Assembly: GCA_965223545.1 (NCBI GenBank) | Contig: OZ245006.1 | Span: forward strand, 5,120,001-5,184,000 | Direction of reading: 5' to 3' | From: Planctomycetota bacterium | GTDB taxonomy: Bacteria; Planctomycetota; UBA1135; UBA2386 | Length of the DNA: 64,000 bases | Part shown: positions 42,143 through 54,519 of the stretch, in pieces | Position numbering within the stretch: the first letter of the stretch is position 1 | Layout of the letters: each line of letters opens with the position of its first letter | The notes under the pieces: model-generated | Database searches by the model: none | Seen by the model: the letters and a program-made list of their open reading frames with translations, nothing else | Told to the model about the DNA's origin: nothing | Translations under genes and position numbers: made by a program

Positions 42143-42181
42143 CGGGGGCCGCGATTGATGAATCGGAGCCTGACCTGAAAC

Positions 42182-43564
42182 TCACCCAGCCTCGGCGATC
42201 GGTATGAGCTTGTACCCGAGGGATTTAGCGTTCTGTCGGAGTCCGACGATGCGTCGCTGGGTGAAGCGCTCCTCGTAGGCCTTGGCGCCTTCGTCTACGT
42301 AGTCCTGGCCGAACTTCAGCATGCGGTAGATGAGCAGGGCCAGTTTGCGGGCGATGGCAAAGATGGCGACGTTGCCGTCCTTCGCGCGGGCGATCTTGCG
42401 GAAGTGTGCGCCGAGAGCTGTCTGAGTACGTTGGAGGGACAGGGCGGCCATCCGGAGGACCGTGGCGATCCTGCTGACCGCGATGTTGTTGCGGTGCTTC
42501 TTGATGCGCTTTCCACCCGAGACGGCTTGACGTGGGCACAGGCGTAGCCAGGAGACGAAGTGCTTCTCGGTCGGGAAAGCTTCGAGGTCGTAGCCGACCT
42601 CGGTGAGCACGATCATGGCCGTGCTCGGGCTGATACCGTCGATTCGCGTGAGATCACACCCGACGAGCCGGCAGAGGGCATCGCGAAGCTCCCGGCCGCC
42701 CTTCGTTCGGATGCTCCTCTCCTTGCGGGGGTCTGGATGCTCGGGGACGTCGGCCGTCTTGGCTTCCTCCGGTTGCAGGTCCTCGATCATCGCCATCAAT
42801 CGCTTCTCGACCGACTCGATCTCGTGGTCGGTGTGCTCGAGCATCCGCAAGCCCGAAGCGAGAGTGAAGATGTGCTCCTCGATCCAGGTCCCTTGCAAGT
42901 GATCCGCGAGCTCCTTCTCGGAGATCTTGCAGCGCGGATCACGCAGTCTGGCGAGCGCTCGAGGGTCGCGTTCACCAGCGAGAATCGCGCGGATGATCGC
43001 GAGGCCGGTCTTGCCGGTGATGTCCGTTACCGCGCGATGGATCGCCACGTTCATCTGATCCAGTGACCGCTGCATCAACTGCGTGTGGCGCGTGCGCTGC
43101 GCGATCAAAGACGCGGCATGGCGTTGCAGGGTCCGCAACGCACAGATGTCCTTCGGAGGCCGGAACGAAGCGCGAATGAGGCCATAGGTGTGTAGCTTCT
43201 GCAGCCAACTGCAATCGCTGGCATCGGACTTGGAGCGGCCCGGCACGTTCTTCACCTCGCGGGCATTCGCGAGGATGACCTCGAAGCCTCTCGACTCGAG
43301 TAGCTCGTAGACGGGAATCCAGTAGACATAGGTGCTCTCCATCGCGACGGATCGCACTCCGAGCTCCTCCAGCCAGTCCGCGAGCGCCTCTAGCTGGGGC
43401 GTCGTCGTTCCGAATCGCTTGATCGGACGACTGCCGTCGGGTGCTGCTGCGCACACCCAGTGCTCGCGGCTGCCGATGTCGATTCCGGCGGCGTTGGGCT
43501 TCACGACTGGCAATACTTCCGCTGCGGGCTTCTTGCCCTTCCTCGTTCTGCTCTTCCCAGCCAT
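42182..43564 (-). CDS. IS110-family recombinase/transposase (copy A)
   Basis: AGIDIG, AMESTY, KSDASD; IDGIS...F....FVSWL.LCP...SGGK; AIARKLA. Protein identical to 59897..61279. Confidence 0.95.
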   Translation of the reverse strand: MAGKSRTRKGKKPAAEVLPVVKPNAAGIDIGSREHWVCAAAPDGSRPIKRFGTTTPQLEALADWLEELGVRSVAMESTYVYWIPVYELLESRGFEVILANAREVKNVPGRSKSDASDCSWLQKLHTYGLIRASFRPPKDICALRTLQRHAASLIAQRTRHTQLMQRSLDQMNVAIHRAVTDITGKTGLAIIRAILAGERDPRALARLRDPRCKISEKELADHLQGTWIEEHIFTLASGLRMLEHTDHEIESVEKRLMAMIEDLQPEEAKTADVPEHPDPRKERSIRTKGGRELRDALCRLVGCDLTRIDGISPSTAMIVLTEVGYDLEAFPTEKHFVSWLRLCPRQAVSGGKRIKKHRNNIAVSRIATVLRMAALSLQRTQTALGAHFRKIARAKDGNVAIFAIARKLALLIYRMLKFGQDYVDEGAKAYEERFTQRRIVGLRQNAKSLGYKLIPIAEAG

Positions 43565-43814
43565 ACTTCATCCTCATTGTTGTGGTGGGCCCGGCCCGAG
43601 GCGGCGATCAAACGAATCTGACCTGCGGGAGTGGGCACGGCGACGTGCCCCTCACCAGTGAAGGATGGCCAACTCGGACCCAGACTGGCTCTGGGGCAAA
43701 CGTGCTCCAGTGGCTATTGGGGGCGTAGCTGCCGGGCCCCTCACACGTTCCCCTCCCCCTTCCTCAGCGGCTAGTTTCCTGCCCTGAAGGGCCGACAAAT
43801 CTGCCGGGGCAGGA
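43565..43814 (-). ncRNA. Candidate bridge RNA, IS110 element 2 copy A
   Basis: Same non-coding left end as copy B. Confidence 0.6.
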
Positions 43815-43828
43815 CTGGCTCCGTACTT

Positions 43829-44776
43829 TCAGCGCAAGCGTGTGAGGGTGGTGTGGCGGGCGGCGAGGAAGTCGCGGTAGGCGCGGGAATCGCCGACTGC
43901 CTTCTCTAGCGCGGCGAGGCCTTCCGCGTAGAGGTCGAGGTCGGGCTTGTCGCGCGTTTCGAGGTAGAGCAGGATGCCGCCCCAGAAGTCGCGGGACGGG
44001 TTGCGGGCCACCGGGCGCTTGCCGGCGCGCCACATCGCGTAGAGCTGGCGGCCGACGTCGGCGCGGCCGGCTTCGTCGAAGCGGTCGTGCGCGGCGAGGA
44101 GGTCGAGCACTTCGAGGTCGGTCAGATAGCCGGCGACGCGGTCGGCGTCGGCGGGCGGCAGCGCGCCGGCGCGGGCCAGGAGCTGGCGGGCGGAATCGAG
44201 GTCGAGCGTGCGCTGCTCGACGCCGCGCAGCAGCAGGCGACGGTAGGCGGCGGCGACCGTGTTCTCGGTTTCGCGTTCGGCTTGCAGGAAGCTCTGCGCG
44301 CGGTCGACGAGGCCGCGCAGCTCCGCGACCGACTTCTCTCGCCAGCTGGGGTGCTGGCCGAGAATGCGGCCGCTGGCGTCGAGCACGGCGTGGTGCGGCC
44401 AGCCGCTGCCGCCGTGTGCGAACAGCAGTTGGTCGTAGCCGGCATCGAGATGCGCGGTGACGTGGCAGTAGAGCACGACGTCGCTGGCCAGCGCGGCGAA
44501 CTCGGGTGCCGAAAGGACCTGCCGCTCGCAGCGGATCGAGGTGCCGCAGGGCACGTAGCTGCGGGTGAAGTGGGCGAGGATCAGCTTGCCCTCGCGGGCG
44601 GCCACCTGCCGCGCCTTGTCCAGATCCGTGTGCCACTCCGCGCGGGTCACGAACGGCGCCGCGAGCTTGTCGTGCCGGCGCGCGCGCAGCGTTTCGGGGG
44701 CGGTCGAATCTTGGCATGGAGCCGGGGCCGCGGCGAAGGCCAAGGCGAGGGCGAAGGAGGTCGGCGGAAGTCGCAT
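43829..44776 (-). CDS. Exported thioredoxin-like fold protein
   Basis: Signal peptide; WHTDLDKA..VA.REGKLILAHFTRSYVPC; GGSGWP...VLDA.G. Its TGA stop begins the palindrome arm flanking IS110 copy A. Confidence 0.65.
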   Translation of the reverse strand: MRLPPTSFALALAFAAAPAPCQDSTAPETLRARRHDKLAAPFVTRAEWHTDLDKARQVAAREGKLILAHFTRSYVPCGTSIRCERQVLSAPEFAALASDVVLYCHVTAHLDAGYDQLLFAHGGSGWPHHAVLDASGRILGQHPSWREKSVAELRGLVDRAQSFLQAERETENTVAAAYRRLLLRGVEQRTLDLDSARQLLARAGALPPADADRVAGYLTDLEVLDLLAAHDRFDEAGRADVGRQLYAMWRAGKRPVARNPSRDFWGGILLYLETRDKPDLDLYAEGLAALEKAVGDSRAYRDFLAARHTTLTRLR

Positions 44777-44931
44777 GGTGGGCGCTTCGACGCACGAAGC
44801 GGCACTGGACTCCTGCACGGAGTCGGGAGACGTTCCTCGGTTTGCTGCGCCAACGCCGCTGCGACCGAGTCCGGCGGGTATCCTCGGCGGTCTCCGTGTT
44901 TGCCCGAGGTTTGCCCCCCAGGAGGTCACGC

Positions 44932-47900
44932 ATGCCGTCAGCCCGTCGATGGACTCCGTTCTTGGTCGCCGCTTGCGCGCCCTTGTTCGCCGGCGAGAGC
45001 GCGACGGCGCAGCAGCTGCTGCGCAACATCCGCGGCCTGACCACCGATCCGGGCTCGTTCGCCGCCGACTTCACCTCGACCGGCGCCGAGGCGTTCTTCG
45101 TCGCCTACACGCAGCAATGGGGAGTCGAGCTGTGGAAGACCGACGGCAGCGCGGCGGGCACCGCGATGGTCGCCGACATCCACGCCGGCCGCGCGGGGTT
45201 CACCTCGTCGTCAGCGGGGTTCACCAGCGCGCGGCTGGCGGCGGTCGGTGCGCGCTTGTTCTGCGTCGGAGTCGACGGCACCACCTTCGGGCCGGAGCTG
45301 ATCGTGAGCGACGGCACTGCGTCCGGCACGTTCGTCGTGAAGCACATCAATCCGACGGGCCAGTCGTTCGTCTCCGCGCTGACGCCGCTGGGCAACGACG
45401 TCGTGTTCGCCGCCCACGACGGAGTGACCGGCAGCGAGCTGTGGTTCAGTGACGGGACTGCCGCCGGGACCCGGTTGGTGCGCGACATCGAGCCCGGCGC
45501 TGCTGGCTCGCTCAACGTCCTCGGTCTGGAGATGTATCCAGCGCACGGAGACGTTTATCTGCCGGCGGCCACCAGCGACTTCGGCCGTGAGTTGTGGGTC
45601 ACGGATGGCACCACCGCGGGCACGCGCATGCTCGGTGACATCTGGCCCGGCACCCTGTCGTCGAGCCCGCGCGACGTCGTTCCGCTGCCGACGGGGGACG
45701 TGCTCTTCTCGGCGGCCGCGCCGGGCGAAGGGCGCGAACTGTGGCGCGCCGATCCGGCCGCCGGTCGCGTCGAGCGGGTCGCCGAGCTGATGCCGGGTGC
45801 CGGGAGCGCTGATCCGAGTGAGCTGATCCGCTATCGCGCGCGCGTGTTCTTCGCCGCGTTGAGCCCGACGGGCGTGCGCGAAGTGTGGCATAGCGACGGC
45901 ACCGCGGTCGGGACCGCGCTGCTGGCCGATGGCGTCGGTACCGACCCGCGCAGCTTCACCGTGGCCGGCGGGCTGCTCTACTTCAGCGCGACCACGCCGG
46001 CGGCCGGCCGCGAGCTGTGGCGCACGGATGGCACGATCAGCGGCACGTTCATGGTCGCCGATTTGTTTCCGGGGACGATGGGATCGATCCCCATCCTGAC
46101 CGAGATGCAGCCGGTGTCGGGCGACGCGATCGTCTTCATCGCGGTCGACCCGATCGGCCGCTCGCTGTGGTACACCGATGGCACGCCCGGCGGCACGCGC
46201 CGCCTTCTGTCATCGCCAGTGCTCTACGATCTCGCCGCGGTCGGCGGCGGTCGGGTGGTGTTCACCGCGGACGACGGCCAGTCCGGCGACGAGCCGTGGA
46301 TCACCGACGGAACCGTGGCAGGCACCCGCTTGCTGCTCAACATCAACCCCGCGGTCGAGGGCTCTTCCGCGCCGCGCGTCTTCACTCCGTCGGGCGACCT
46401 GGTCTACTTCGTGGCCACCGACACGGCCACCGGTGCCGACGTCTACCGCACCGATGGAACCGAGGCGGGCACCATCTTGCTGCACGATCTGCCGGCGGCG
46501 GTGCAGGGCGATCCGCAGTTCTTGACCGATGTCGGGGGACGGTTGTTCTTCCGTTCGGGGCTGCAGCTGTGGACCTCGGACGGAACGCCGCAGGGCACGG
46601 TCGGCGGCCCGGTGTTCCCCGGCTCGGTCGGCCTCAACGGCATCGCCGGGCTCGACTCCCGGGCGCTGATCGCAGCGCGCGCCGGGTTGTTGGAGCAGCT
46701 CTACATCACCGACGGGACCGTCGCCGGCACGTCGTTGGTCAAGCGGGTCAATCCCACCGGCAGCGCGCAGATCCGCGAGATGACCTCGCACCGCGGGCTC
46801 GTCTACTTCGCCGGAACCGAGACGTCGATCGGTTCGGAGCTGTGGCGCAGCGACGGCACGGCGGCCGGCACGCGGCCGGTGCAGGACATCCAACCGGGGA
46901 TTGGCAGCGCGTTTCCCACGCAGATCACGCCGTCCGGAGATCTGCTCTACTTCGTCGCCGACAACGGCGTCGCCGGCCGCGAGCTCTGGGTGACGGACGG
47001 CACCGAGGCCGGCACGCAGATGCTGCGCGACATCGGGCCGGGCGCGGCATGGGGCGACGTGCGCGAGCTGGCTCCGATGTCGGCCAACCGGCTGCTGTTC
47101 GTCGCGGACGATGGCGTTTCCGGCGCCGAGCCTTGGGTCACCGACGGTACGCCGGCGGGCACGGTGCCGCTCGGCGATCTCGTGCCGGGCGGGGACTCGT
47201 CCGACGTCACCGACTTCGGTGCCGCCGCGGACGTGGCCTATTTCGCCGCCACCACGCCGGCGGTTGGCCGCGAGCCGTGGATCACCGATGGCACGCCCGC
47301 CGGTACCCGGCTGCTGCTCGACATCGTGCCCGGCGCCGGCGGCTCCGATCCGAGCGGTTTCCAGGCGGCGGGCTCGAGCCGGCACGCGGTGTTCGCCGCG
47401 ACCACGGCCGTCGGCACCGAGCTGTGGAGCACGGATGGCACCGCGGCGGGGACCGGGCTGCTCGCCGACCTCGATCCCGGCGCCGGCTCGTCGGCGCCCG
47501 CCGAGTTCACCCGGCTGGGCACCCGCTTGGTATTCGCCGCGCGCAGCCAAGCGGTGGGCCGCGAGCTGTTCGAGGTCGGCCTCGGCCCGATCGGCGCGGC
47601 GTTGCTGGAGAGCTATGGGGTGGGATGCGCCACGGGTTCCCCGCCGACGCTGACCGGCAACGGCGTGCCGCGCCTCGGCGCGTCCCTCGGTCTCGAAGTC
47701 GGCAGCACACCGGCCAACGCGCCGGTCCTGCTGCTGCTCGGCAGCGGGCGCGCCGCGATCGCGATCGGAGGCTGCCAGCTCTGGCTGCAGCCCGTGGCGG
47801 CGTTGAACGGCACCGCCAGCGGTGCGGGTCGGGCGTCGTTCCCGATCGCCATTCCGGCCAGCCCCGCGCTCCTCGGCGTCGAGGTCGCCGCGCAGGCAGT

Positions 47901-47976
47901 CGTCGGGCGCGCCGGTGGCGCGTTCGCCGGCGTCGCGGACGTCACGGCAGGGCTGGCGATCGTCGCCGGACGTTGA
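44932..47976 (+). CDS. ELWxxDGT repeat protein (exported beta-propeller) with C-terminal beta domain
   Basis: Many G.ELW.TDGT..GT repeats; GGAGG SD before ATG 44932. Confidence 0.92.
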   Translation: MPSARRWTPFLVAACAPLFAGESATAQQLLRNIRGLTTDPGSFAADFTSTGAEAFFVAYTQQWGVELWKTDGSAAGTAMVADIHAGRAGFTSSSAGFTSARLAAVGARLFCVGVDGTTFGPELIVSDGTASGTFVVKHINPTGQSFVSALTPLGNDVVFAAHDGVTGSELWFSDGTAAGTRLVRDIEPGAAGSLNVLGLEMYPAHGDVYLPAATSDFGRELWVTDGTTAGTRMLGDIWPGTLSSSPRDVVPLPTGDVLFSAAAPGEGRELWRADPAAGRVERVAELMPGAGSADPSELIRYRARVFFAALSPTGVREVWHSDGTAVGTALLADGVGTDPRSFTVAGGLLYFSATTPAAGRELWRTDGTISGTFMVADLFPGTMGSIPILTEMQPVSGDAIVFIAVDPIGRSLWYTDGTPGGTRRLLSSPVLYDLAAVGGGRVVFTADDGQSGDEPWITDGTVAGTRLLLNINPAVEGSSAPRVFTPSGDLVYFVATDTATGADVYRTDGTEAGTILLHDLPAAVQGDPQFLTDVGGRLFFRSGLQLWTSDGTPQGTVGGPVFPGSVGLNGIAGLDSRALIAARAGLLEQLYITDGTVAGTSLVKRVNPTGSAQIREMTSHRGLVYFAGTETSIGSELWRSDGTAAGTRPVQDIQPGIGSAFPTQITPSGDLLYFVADNGVAGRELWVTDGTEAGTQMLRDIGPGAAWGDVRELAPMSANRLLFVADDGVSGAEPWVTDGTPAGTVPLGDLVPGGDSSDVTDFGAAADVAYFAATTPAVGREPWITDGTPAGTRLLLDIVPGAGGSDPSGFQAAGSSRHAVFAATTAVGTELWSTDGTAAGTGLLADLDPGAGSSAPAEFTRLGTRLVFAARSQAVGRELFEVGLGPIGAALLESYGVGCATGSPPTLTGNGVPRLGASLGLEVGSTPANAPVLLLLGSGRAAIAIGGCQLWLQPVAALNGTASGAGRASFPIAIPASPALLGVEVAAQAVVGRAGGAFAGVADVTAGLAIVAGR

Positions 47977-48022
47977 CCCGGCGGTGTTTGACGCCGCGCA
48001 CGCGCGCGCGGACGCTGTGCCG

Positions 48023-50155
<2,133 letters not shown>

Positions 50156-50165
50156 GCGCGCCGCA

Positions 50166-50630
50166 TCAGACGCGTTCGAGCCGCCCCCACATGTGGCGCC
50201 GCAGCGCGGGCCATACCGGCGTCGCCAGCCAGAGCTCCTTGTCGATCCCGTCCGCGTCGAAGCGCAAGACGCGGCGCGTCGCCCGCACCTGCAGGCGGTC
50301 GTTGAAGAACTGCTCGCTGTCGGTGCGCAGGGTCGAGGGCTCCCAGAGCGCGCGCCCGTGCTCGAGGCGGCCGCTGTTCATCGCCAGCGCGACCTCCCAG
50401 CCGCCGTCGGGCGCGGGCCGCAGCGTGCCGGCCTCTTCGTGCAGGATCGTGCCGTCGTCCGCGCGCTCGGCGCGCTGGCGGTAGCGCACCCACTCGTCGG
50501 CGCGTTCGAGGGACAGCTCCTCGCGGTAGCGCACTTCGATACCGGTGGGGCAGATGCCGGTGCCGGGCTCGCGACTGCGAAACAGGCCGAACATCGAGGG
50601 GTCGAGGTCTTGCGCGGTTGGTGGAGGCAT
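50166..50630 (-). CDS. Small beta-barrel protein, nitrobindin/THAP4-like
   Basis: YREELSL...YRQR...HEEAG.LR...H...LERV pattern; C-terminus of ORF 50166..51893. Confidence 0.55.
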   Translation of the reverse strand: MPPPTAQDLDPSMFGLFRSREPGTGICPTGIEVRYREELSLERADEWVRYRQRAERADDGTILHEEAGTLRPAPDGGWEVALAMNSGRLEHGRALWEPSTLRTDSEQFFNDRLQVRATRRVLRFDADGIDKELWLATPVWPALRRHMWGRLERV

Positions 50631-51691
50631 CAGGGTGTAGTGAGGAGGGGCTGCAGGGAGTTCTGCGCGAGTGCGGCGCGGTGCGCGCGGCGCCATGCCG
50701 CGGCGGCGCGCGCAGGGGTCTGGCGGCGCGCACGCTGCCGGCCGCGCTGCGCGAGTCGCCTGCGCAGCGGCGCATCGCGATGGATGCGCACCATGGCGGC
50801 GGCGATGGCGTCGCAGTCGGTCGGTGCGACCGCCAACACCGCGTGCCCACCGACTTCGCGCAACGCCGCGATGTCGCTGCACAGCACTGGTGTGCCAGCG
50901 GCCATCGCCTCGAGCACCGGCAGGCCGAAGCCCTCGTGCAACGCGACGTGCACCAGCGCGCGGCAGCTGCGCAACAGCTCGCTCTTGTCCGCCTCGGAGA
51001 CGAACTCGAAGCCCGGTCCGATCTGCCGCAGCGGCGGCAGGCTCGGCTCGGTGGTGCGCGCGCGGCGGTGTGCCTCGCGGATCCTGCGCCCGTTCTTGCG
51101 CGCGCGGTCGTCGCCGATCACCAGCAGCGGACCGTGGCGCTCGATCGGCGCTGCGTCCGTTGTGGCGGGGATGCCGTGGCGGGCGAGCCAGAGCCTGTCG
51201 TCCACCGCCGGTCCGCAGGCAGTGCGCACGGCGTTGGCGGTGGAGCGGCTGGGCACGAGCAGTGCCTGCGCGCGGCGCGCGGCGAGCCGGAGCGCCAGGC
51301 GGTGGCGCCAGGAGCAGCCCGGCTCGTCGCGCAGCTCGGGGAACCGGGCGGCCGCCAGCCACGGCACGTCGTGCACGGTAGCGACGACGGCGCAGGGTGC
51401 GCGCAGGGGGATGGCCGCCACCGGCGAGTGCAGCAGGTCGGCGGCCAGGCGGCGCAGCAGTGCTGGCAGGTGTTGCTGGCGGGCGGTCGGTCCGGCGCGG
51501 ACTTCGATCACGTCGACGCTGGACGGCAACCAGTCGGGCGGCGTTCGATCGCGTGCCCACAGCACGACGCACCGGTGTGGTGCCGTCTCGGCGTAGGCGG
51601 CCAAGGTGAGCGCGAACGACCGCGTCACCCCGGTCGGTGGCTCCGCCGCGAGCGGGGACGCGTCGAACACCACGGTGAGGCGCCGGCTCAT
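50630..51691 (-). CDS. Glycosyltransferase family 4
   Basis: ATVHDVPW, RKN, HEGFGLPVLEAMAAGTPV. Confidence 0.9.
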   Translation of the reverse strand: MSRRLTVVFDASPLAAEPPTGVTRSFALTLAAYAETAPHRCVVLWARDRTPPDWLPSSVDVIEVRAGPTARQQHLPALLRRLAADLLHSPVAAIPLRAPCAVVATVHDVPWLAAARFPELRDEPGCSWRHRLALRLAARRAQALLVPSRSTANAVRTACGPAVDDRLWLARHGIPATTDAAPIERHGPLLVIGDDRARKNGRRIREAHRRARTTEPSLPPLRQIGPGFEFVSEADKSELLRSCRALVHVALHEGFGLPVLEAMAAGTPVLCSDIAALREVGGHAVLAVAPTDCDAIAAAMVRIHRDAPLRRRLAQRGRQRARRQTPARAAAAWRRAHRAALAQNSLQPLLTTP

Positions 51692-52797
51692 GCGCCTGCC
51701 TCGATCGCTTCGTGCGCGGCGGCGGCGCGGTAGACGGCGGCGTGCGCGGCGGCGCAGCGGTCCCAGCGCAGCTGCCGCGCGCGCTCGATGCCGCGACGGC
51801 AGCGCGCGCGGCGCTCTGCAGCGTCGGCGTCGACGCGCTGCACCGCGGCCGCGATCGACCTGGGGTCGCTGCCGTCGCAATACCACGCCGCATCGCCGAG
51901 GGTCTCGCGCAGGGCGGGAATGTCGGCGGCGATCACCGGCACACCGAGGGCCATCGCTTCGAGCGGCGGAAAGCCGAAGCCCTCGAGCGCCGATGGATAC
52001 AGCAGCGCGCGGGCGCCGGCGATGGCGGCAAAGGTCTCGGCGTCGTCGAGTCCACACCGCCAGCGCAGCTGGCCGCTGGAGTGGGCCGCGCGCAGCGCGC
52101 CGACGATTGCCTCGCACTCCCAACCGGGCGCGCCGATGATCTCCAGCGGCGGCGCCGCGGTCATCTGTCGCCATGCGCGGAGAACGTTGTCGTGGTTCTT
52201 GCGCGGCTCGATCGTGCCGACCATCACCACCGGCCGGACGTCACCCGGTGCCGCGGTGCGCGCCGACGGCTGCACGTGATCGACGCCGAACGGAATCACG
52301 CGCACGCGCGTCTCGGGGATGGCGAGGTGGCGGAGCACGGCGTCCGCCGTGGCGCGCGTCGGCGTCAGCACGATGCGAGCGCGGGCGGCGGCGCGGCGCG
52401 TGCGTTCGAGCAGCAGGGCCGACTGCCGGCCGTGGAACCGCCGGTCCTCCGCGAACGCCAGATCGTGGACGGTCAGCACCGCGACTGCGCGGCGCACCGG
52501 CGGGTGGATGTAATCGGTCCAGTGGAACACGCGACAGCCTCCCGCCAGTCGTGCCGCGTCGACGCCGAAGCGCGCCAGCGCGGGCAGCGCGCGGCCCGGC
52601 AGCCGGCGCCGGTGTAGCCGGGCACCGTCCGGAGGCGGGTCGGGGCGCCGCACCCCGGCCCACGAGTGCGCGAACAGGTGTGTTTCGAGGTCGTGCCGCC
52701 GGGCCAGGGCGCGCGCCAGCTCGCGCACGGCGCGGCCGATACCGGCCGAGCTCAGCATGGCTGGGCGGTAGTCGAGGGCGACGGCGAGACGGGCCAT
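51688..52797 (-). CDS. Glycosyltransferase family 4
   Basis: GIGR, LTVHDLAF, VGTIEPRKN, EGFGFPPLEAM. Confidence 0.92.
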   Translation of the reverse strand: MARLAVALDYRPAMLSSAGIGRAVRELARALARRHDLETHLFAHSWAGVRRPDPPPDGARLHRRRLPGRALPALARFGVDAARLAGGCRVFHWTDYIHPPVRRAVAVLTVHDLAFAEDRRFHGRQSALLLERTRRAAARARIVLTPTRATADAVLRHLAIPETRVRVIPFGVDHVQPSARTAAPGDVRPVVMVGTIEPRKNHDNVLRAWRQMTAAPPLEIIGAPGWECEAIVGALRAAHSSGQLRWRCGLDDAETFAAIAGARALLYPSALEGFGFPPLEAMALGVPVIAADIPALRETLGDAAWYCDGSDPRSIAAAVQRVDADAAERRARCRRGIERARQLRWDRCAAAHAAVYRAAAAHEAIEAGA

Positions 52798-52933
52798 GGC
52801 AGCGGACGTTAACCGGTGGGCACGGCGTGCGGTGGGCCGGCGGTGCGTGTCACCGGCCGAGCCGTGCGAGCTATGCTTCTGACGGACCGCCGCGCCCATC
52901 CCTTGTGGCCTCGCGGCCGACTTTTCTTTCGCG

Positions 52934-54436
52934 ATGCACCGCCGCGCTCACGTTCTCCTGCTGCTGCTCGCGGCCCTGTTGGCCGGCGCGACGGCGTTTG
53001 CCGGCCTGATGATCTCGACCGGCCCGGTGCAGCCGGCAGAACAGGGGTCGGGGGAGAACGGTCCGGGCGAAGAGCCGGCGGCGCCGGCCGTGCTGCGCGG
53101 GGGCCCGGAGGGGGCGTTGCCGACGGTGGTGGTGTCGGTGAGCGTTCGGGGCGAGTATCACGCGCCGGCGGTCGCGCCCCCGCGGCCCGTGCTGGCGCGC
53201 GCGGACGGAACTCACGCCGAAGTCGAAGTCGAGTGGGTGGCGGGCACGGCGGCGCTGCCTTGGCTGCCCGCTGCCCGCCGCGGCCCGCAGCTGGCGCGCA
53301 TTCGCTTCGGCGCGGCGGGGGACGCCGACGACGAGTATCGCGTCGTGCGACTCGACGGTGACGAACGCGTGGTGGCGTTCCCGTTCGACGGACCGCACGG
53401 GTTCGAGGGAGTGGTGGCCGACGTCGAGGGCGCGCCGGTTGCCGGCGTCGAGATCTGGCTCGCCGGGCAGCGCACCCGCAGCGACAGCGCCGGCCGGTTT
53501 GCGGTCAGCGGGCTGCGCGGCGGCAGCGGTCTGCCGCTGGTGCTGCGCGCCGAGGGATACGCCGCCCACTATCGCGAAGTCGACGCGCGCCAGCCGGTGC
53601 GCGGCGCCTTCGTGCTGCGGCCGGCGGCGCGCCTCGACGTGGGACTCGCGGCGGAGGGCGCCGAGACCGTGTCCGTGCTGCCGGCCTCCGGCGCGGCGGC
53701 CGGTAGCACGGCGCTGCGCCACTACCCGTTCTTCATGGCCGCGCTCGAGCCGCGAGCGCCGGTGAACGAGCGGTGGTCGTTCGACGATCTTCCGCAAGCG
53801 GTGGAGGTGCGCGCTGCGACCGGCACGGGGCTGACCGCCTCCGTTCCGCTGCGTGCCGCGCCGCGTGCGGTGACTGTGCCGACGCCGGCGTTGCGTCGCG
53901 TCAGCGGCCGCGTGGTGGATGGCGCGGGCGCGCCGATCGCCGCGGCGTGGGTGCTCGCGGGTCGCACCGGCGACGCCGGGCGTCACCGCGACGATGCGTT
54001 TCTGTTGTCGCCCGCGGCGCTGCTGGCGGGGACCGCGCACACGCGTACGGGGGAGGATGGTCGCTTTTCGCTGTGGGCATCTGCCGACTGGCGCGGGCCG
54101 TTGACGGTGATCGCGCCCGGGTGCCTTCGGCTGGAGGCGACCGCCGACCGGGATGAGGTCGGCGAGCTGATCTGCCTCGCGGCCGATGTCGAGCAAGCGG
54201 CGGCGCTGCGGTTCACCGCGGGGGCGGGGCTGCGCTTGGTGTTGGAGCGCGGCAGCTCTCGCGACGCCGGCCGAGCACTGGCCGCCGGGGAGTCGTGGTC
54301 GTGGACCCTGCCGCGACCGGCGTTGTTGGACGTGCGCGTTGGTGTGGGGGCGGTGCTCGGTGAAGTCCAGCGGCTCGCCGTCGCCGGCGCGACGCCGCTG
54401 CCGCTGGCGGTGCCCGCCGGCGCGCCTGGTCAGTAG
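52934..54436 (+). CDS. Membrane-anchored carboxypeptidase-regulatory-like domain protein
   Basis: N-terminal TM; GVVADVEGAPVAG, SDSAGRF, GRVVDGAGAPI, TGEDGRF. Confidence 0.6.
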   Translation: MHRRAHVLLLLLAALLAGATAFAGLMISTGPVQPAEQGSGENGPGEEPAAPAVLRGGPEGALPTVVVSVSVRGEYHAPAVAPPRPVLARADGTHAEVEVEWVAGTAALPWLPAARRGPQLARIRFGAAGDADDEYRVVRLDGDERVVAFPFDGPHGFEGVVADVEGAPVAGVEIWLAGQRTRSDSAGRFAVSGLRGGSGLPLVLRAEGYAAHYREVDARQPVRGAFVLRPAARLDVGLAAEGAETVSVLPASGAAAGSTALRHYPFFMAALEPRAPVNERWSFDDLPQAVEVRAATGTGLTASVPLRAAPRAVTVPTPALRRVSGRVVDGAGAPIAAAWVLAGRTGDAGRHRDDAFLLSPAALLAGTAHTRTGEDGRFSLWASADWRGPLTVIAPGCLRLEATADRDEVGELICLAADVEQAAALRFTAGAGLRLVLERGSSRDAGRALAAGESWSWTLPRPALLDVRVGVGAVLGEVQRLAVAGATPLPLAVPAGAPGQ

Positions 54437-54519
54437 CCGCGTCGCGTCGCGCGGCTGGCGTTCGCGTCGCCGGTGCGGCATCCTGCCGGCATGTTCGCGC
54501 GCGCTCGTCCTCGGCGGAG

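Larger units (their letters stand above)
42170..43817 (-). mobile_element. IS110-family element 2, copy A (1648 bp including both CAG cores)
   Basis: Reverse complement of 59644-61291; flanks reconstitute CGGAGC-CAG-GCTCCG between two convergent genes. Confidence 0.93.

Noticed and set aside
43764..45074. Two ORFs sharing the C-terminus VRSQSCPGRFVGPSGQETSR (also 57871..59697)
   Set aside because: Both simply read into the identical IS110 left end; not a protein domain.
44932..47600. Recurring GAGCTGTGG...GACGGCAC DNA repeats resembling an array
   Set aside because: In-frame, degenerate at third positions and encoding ELWxxDGT protein repeats; not CRISPR.
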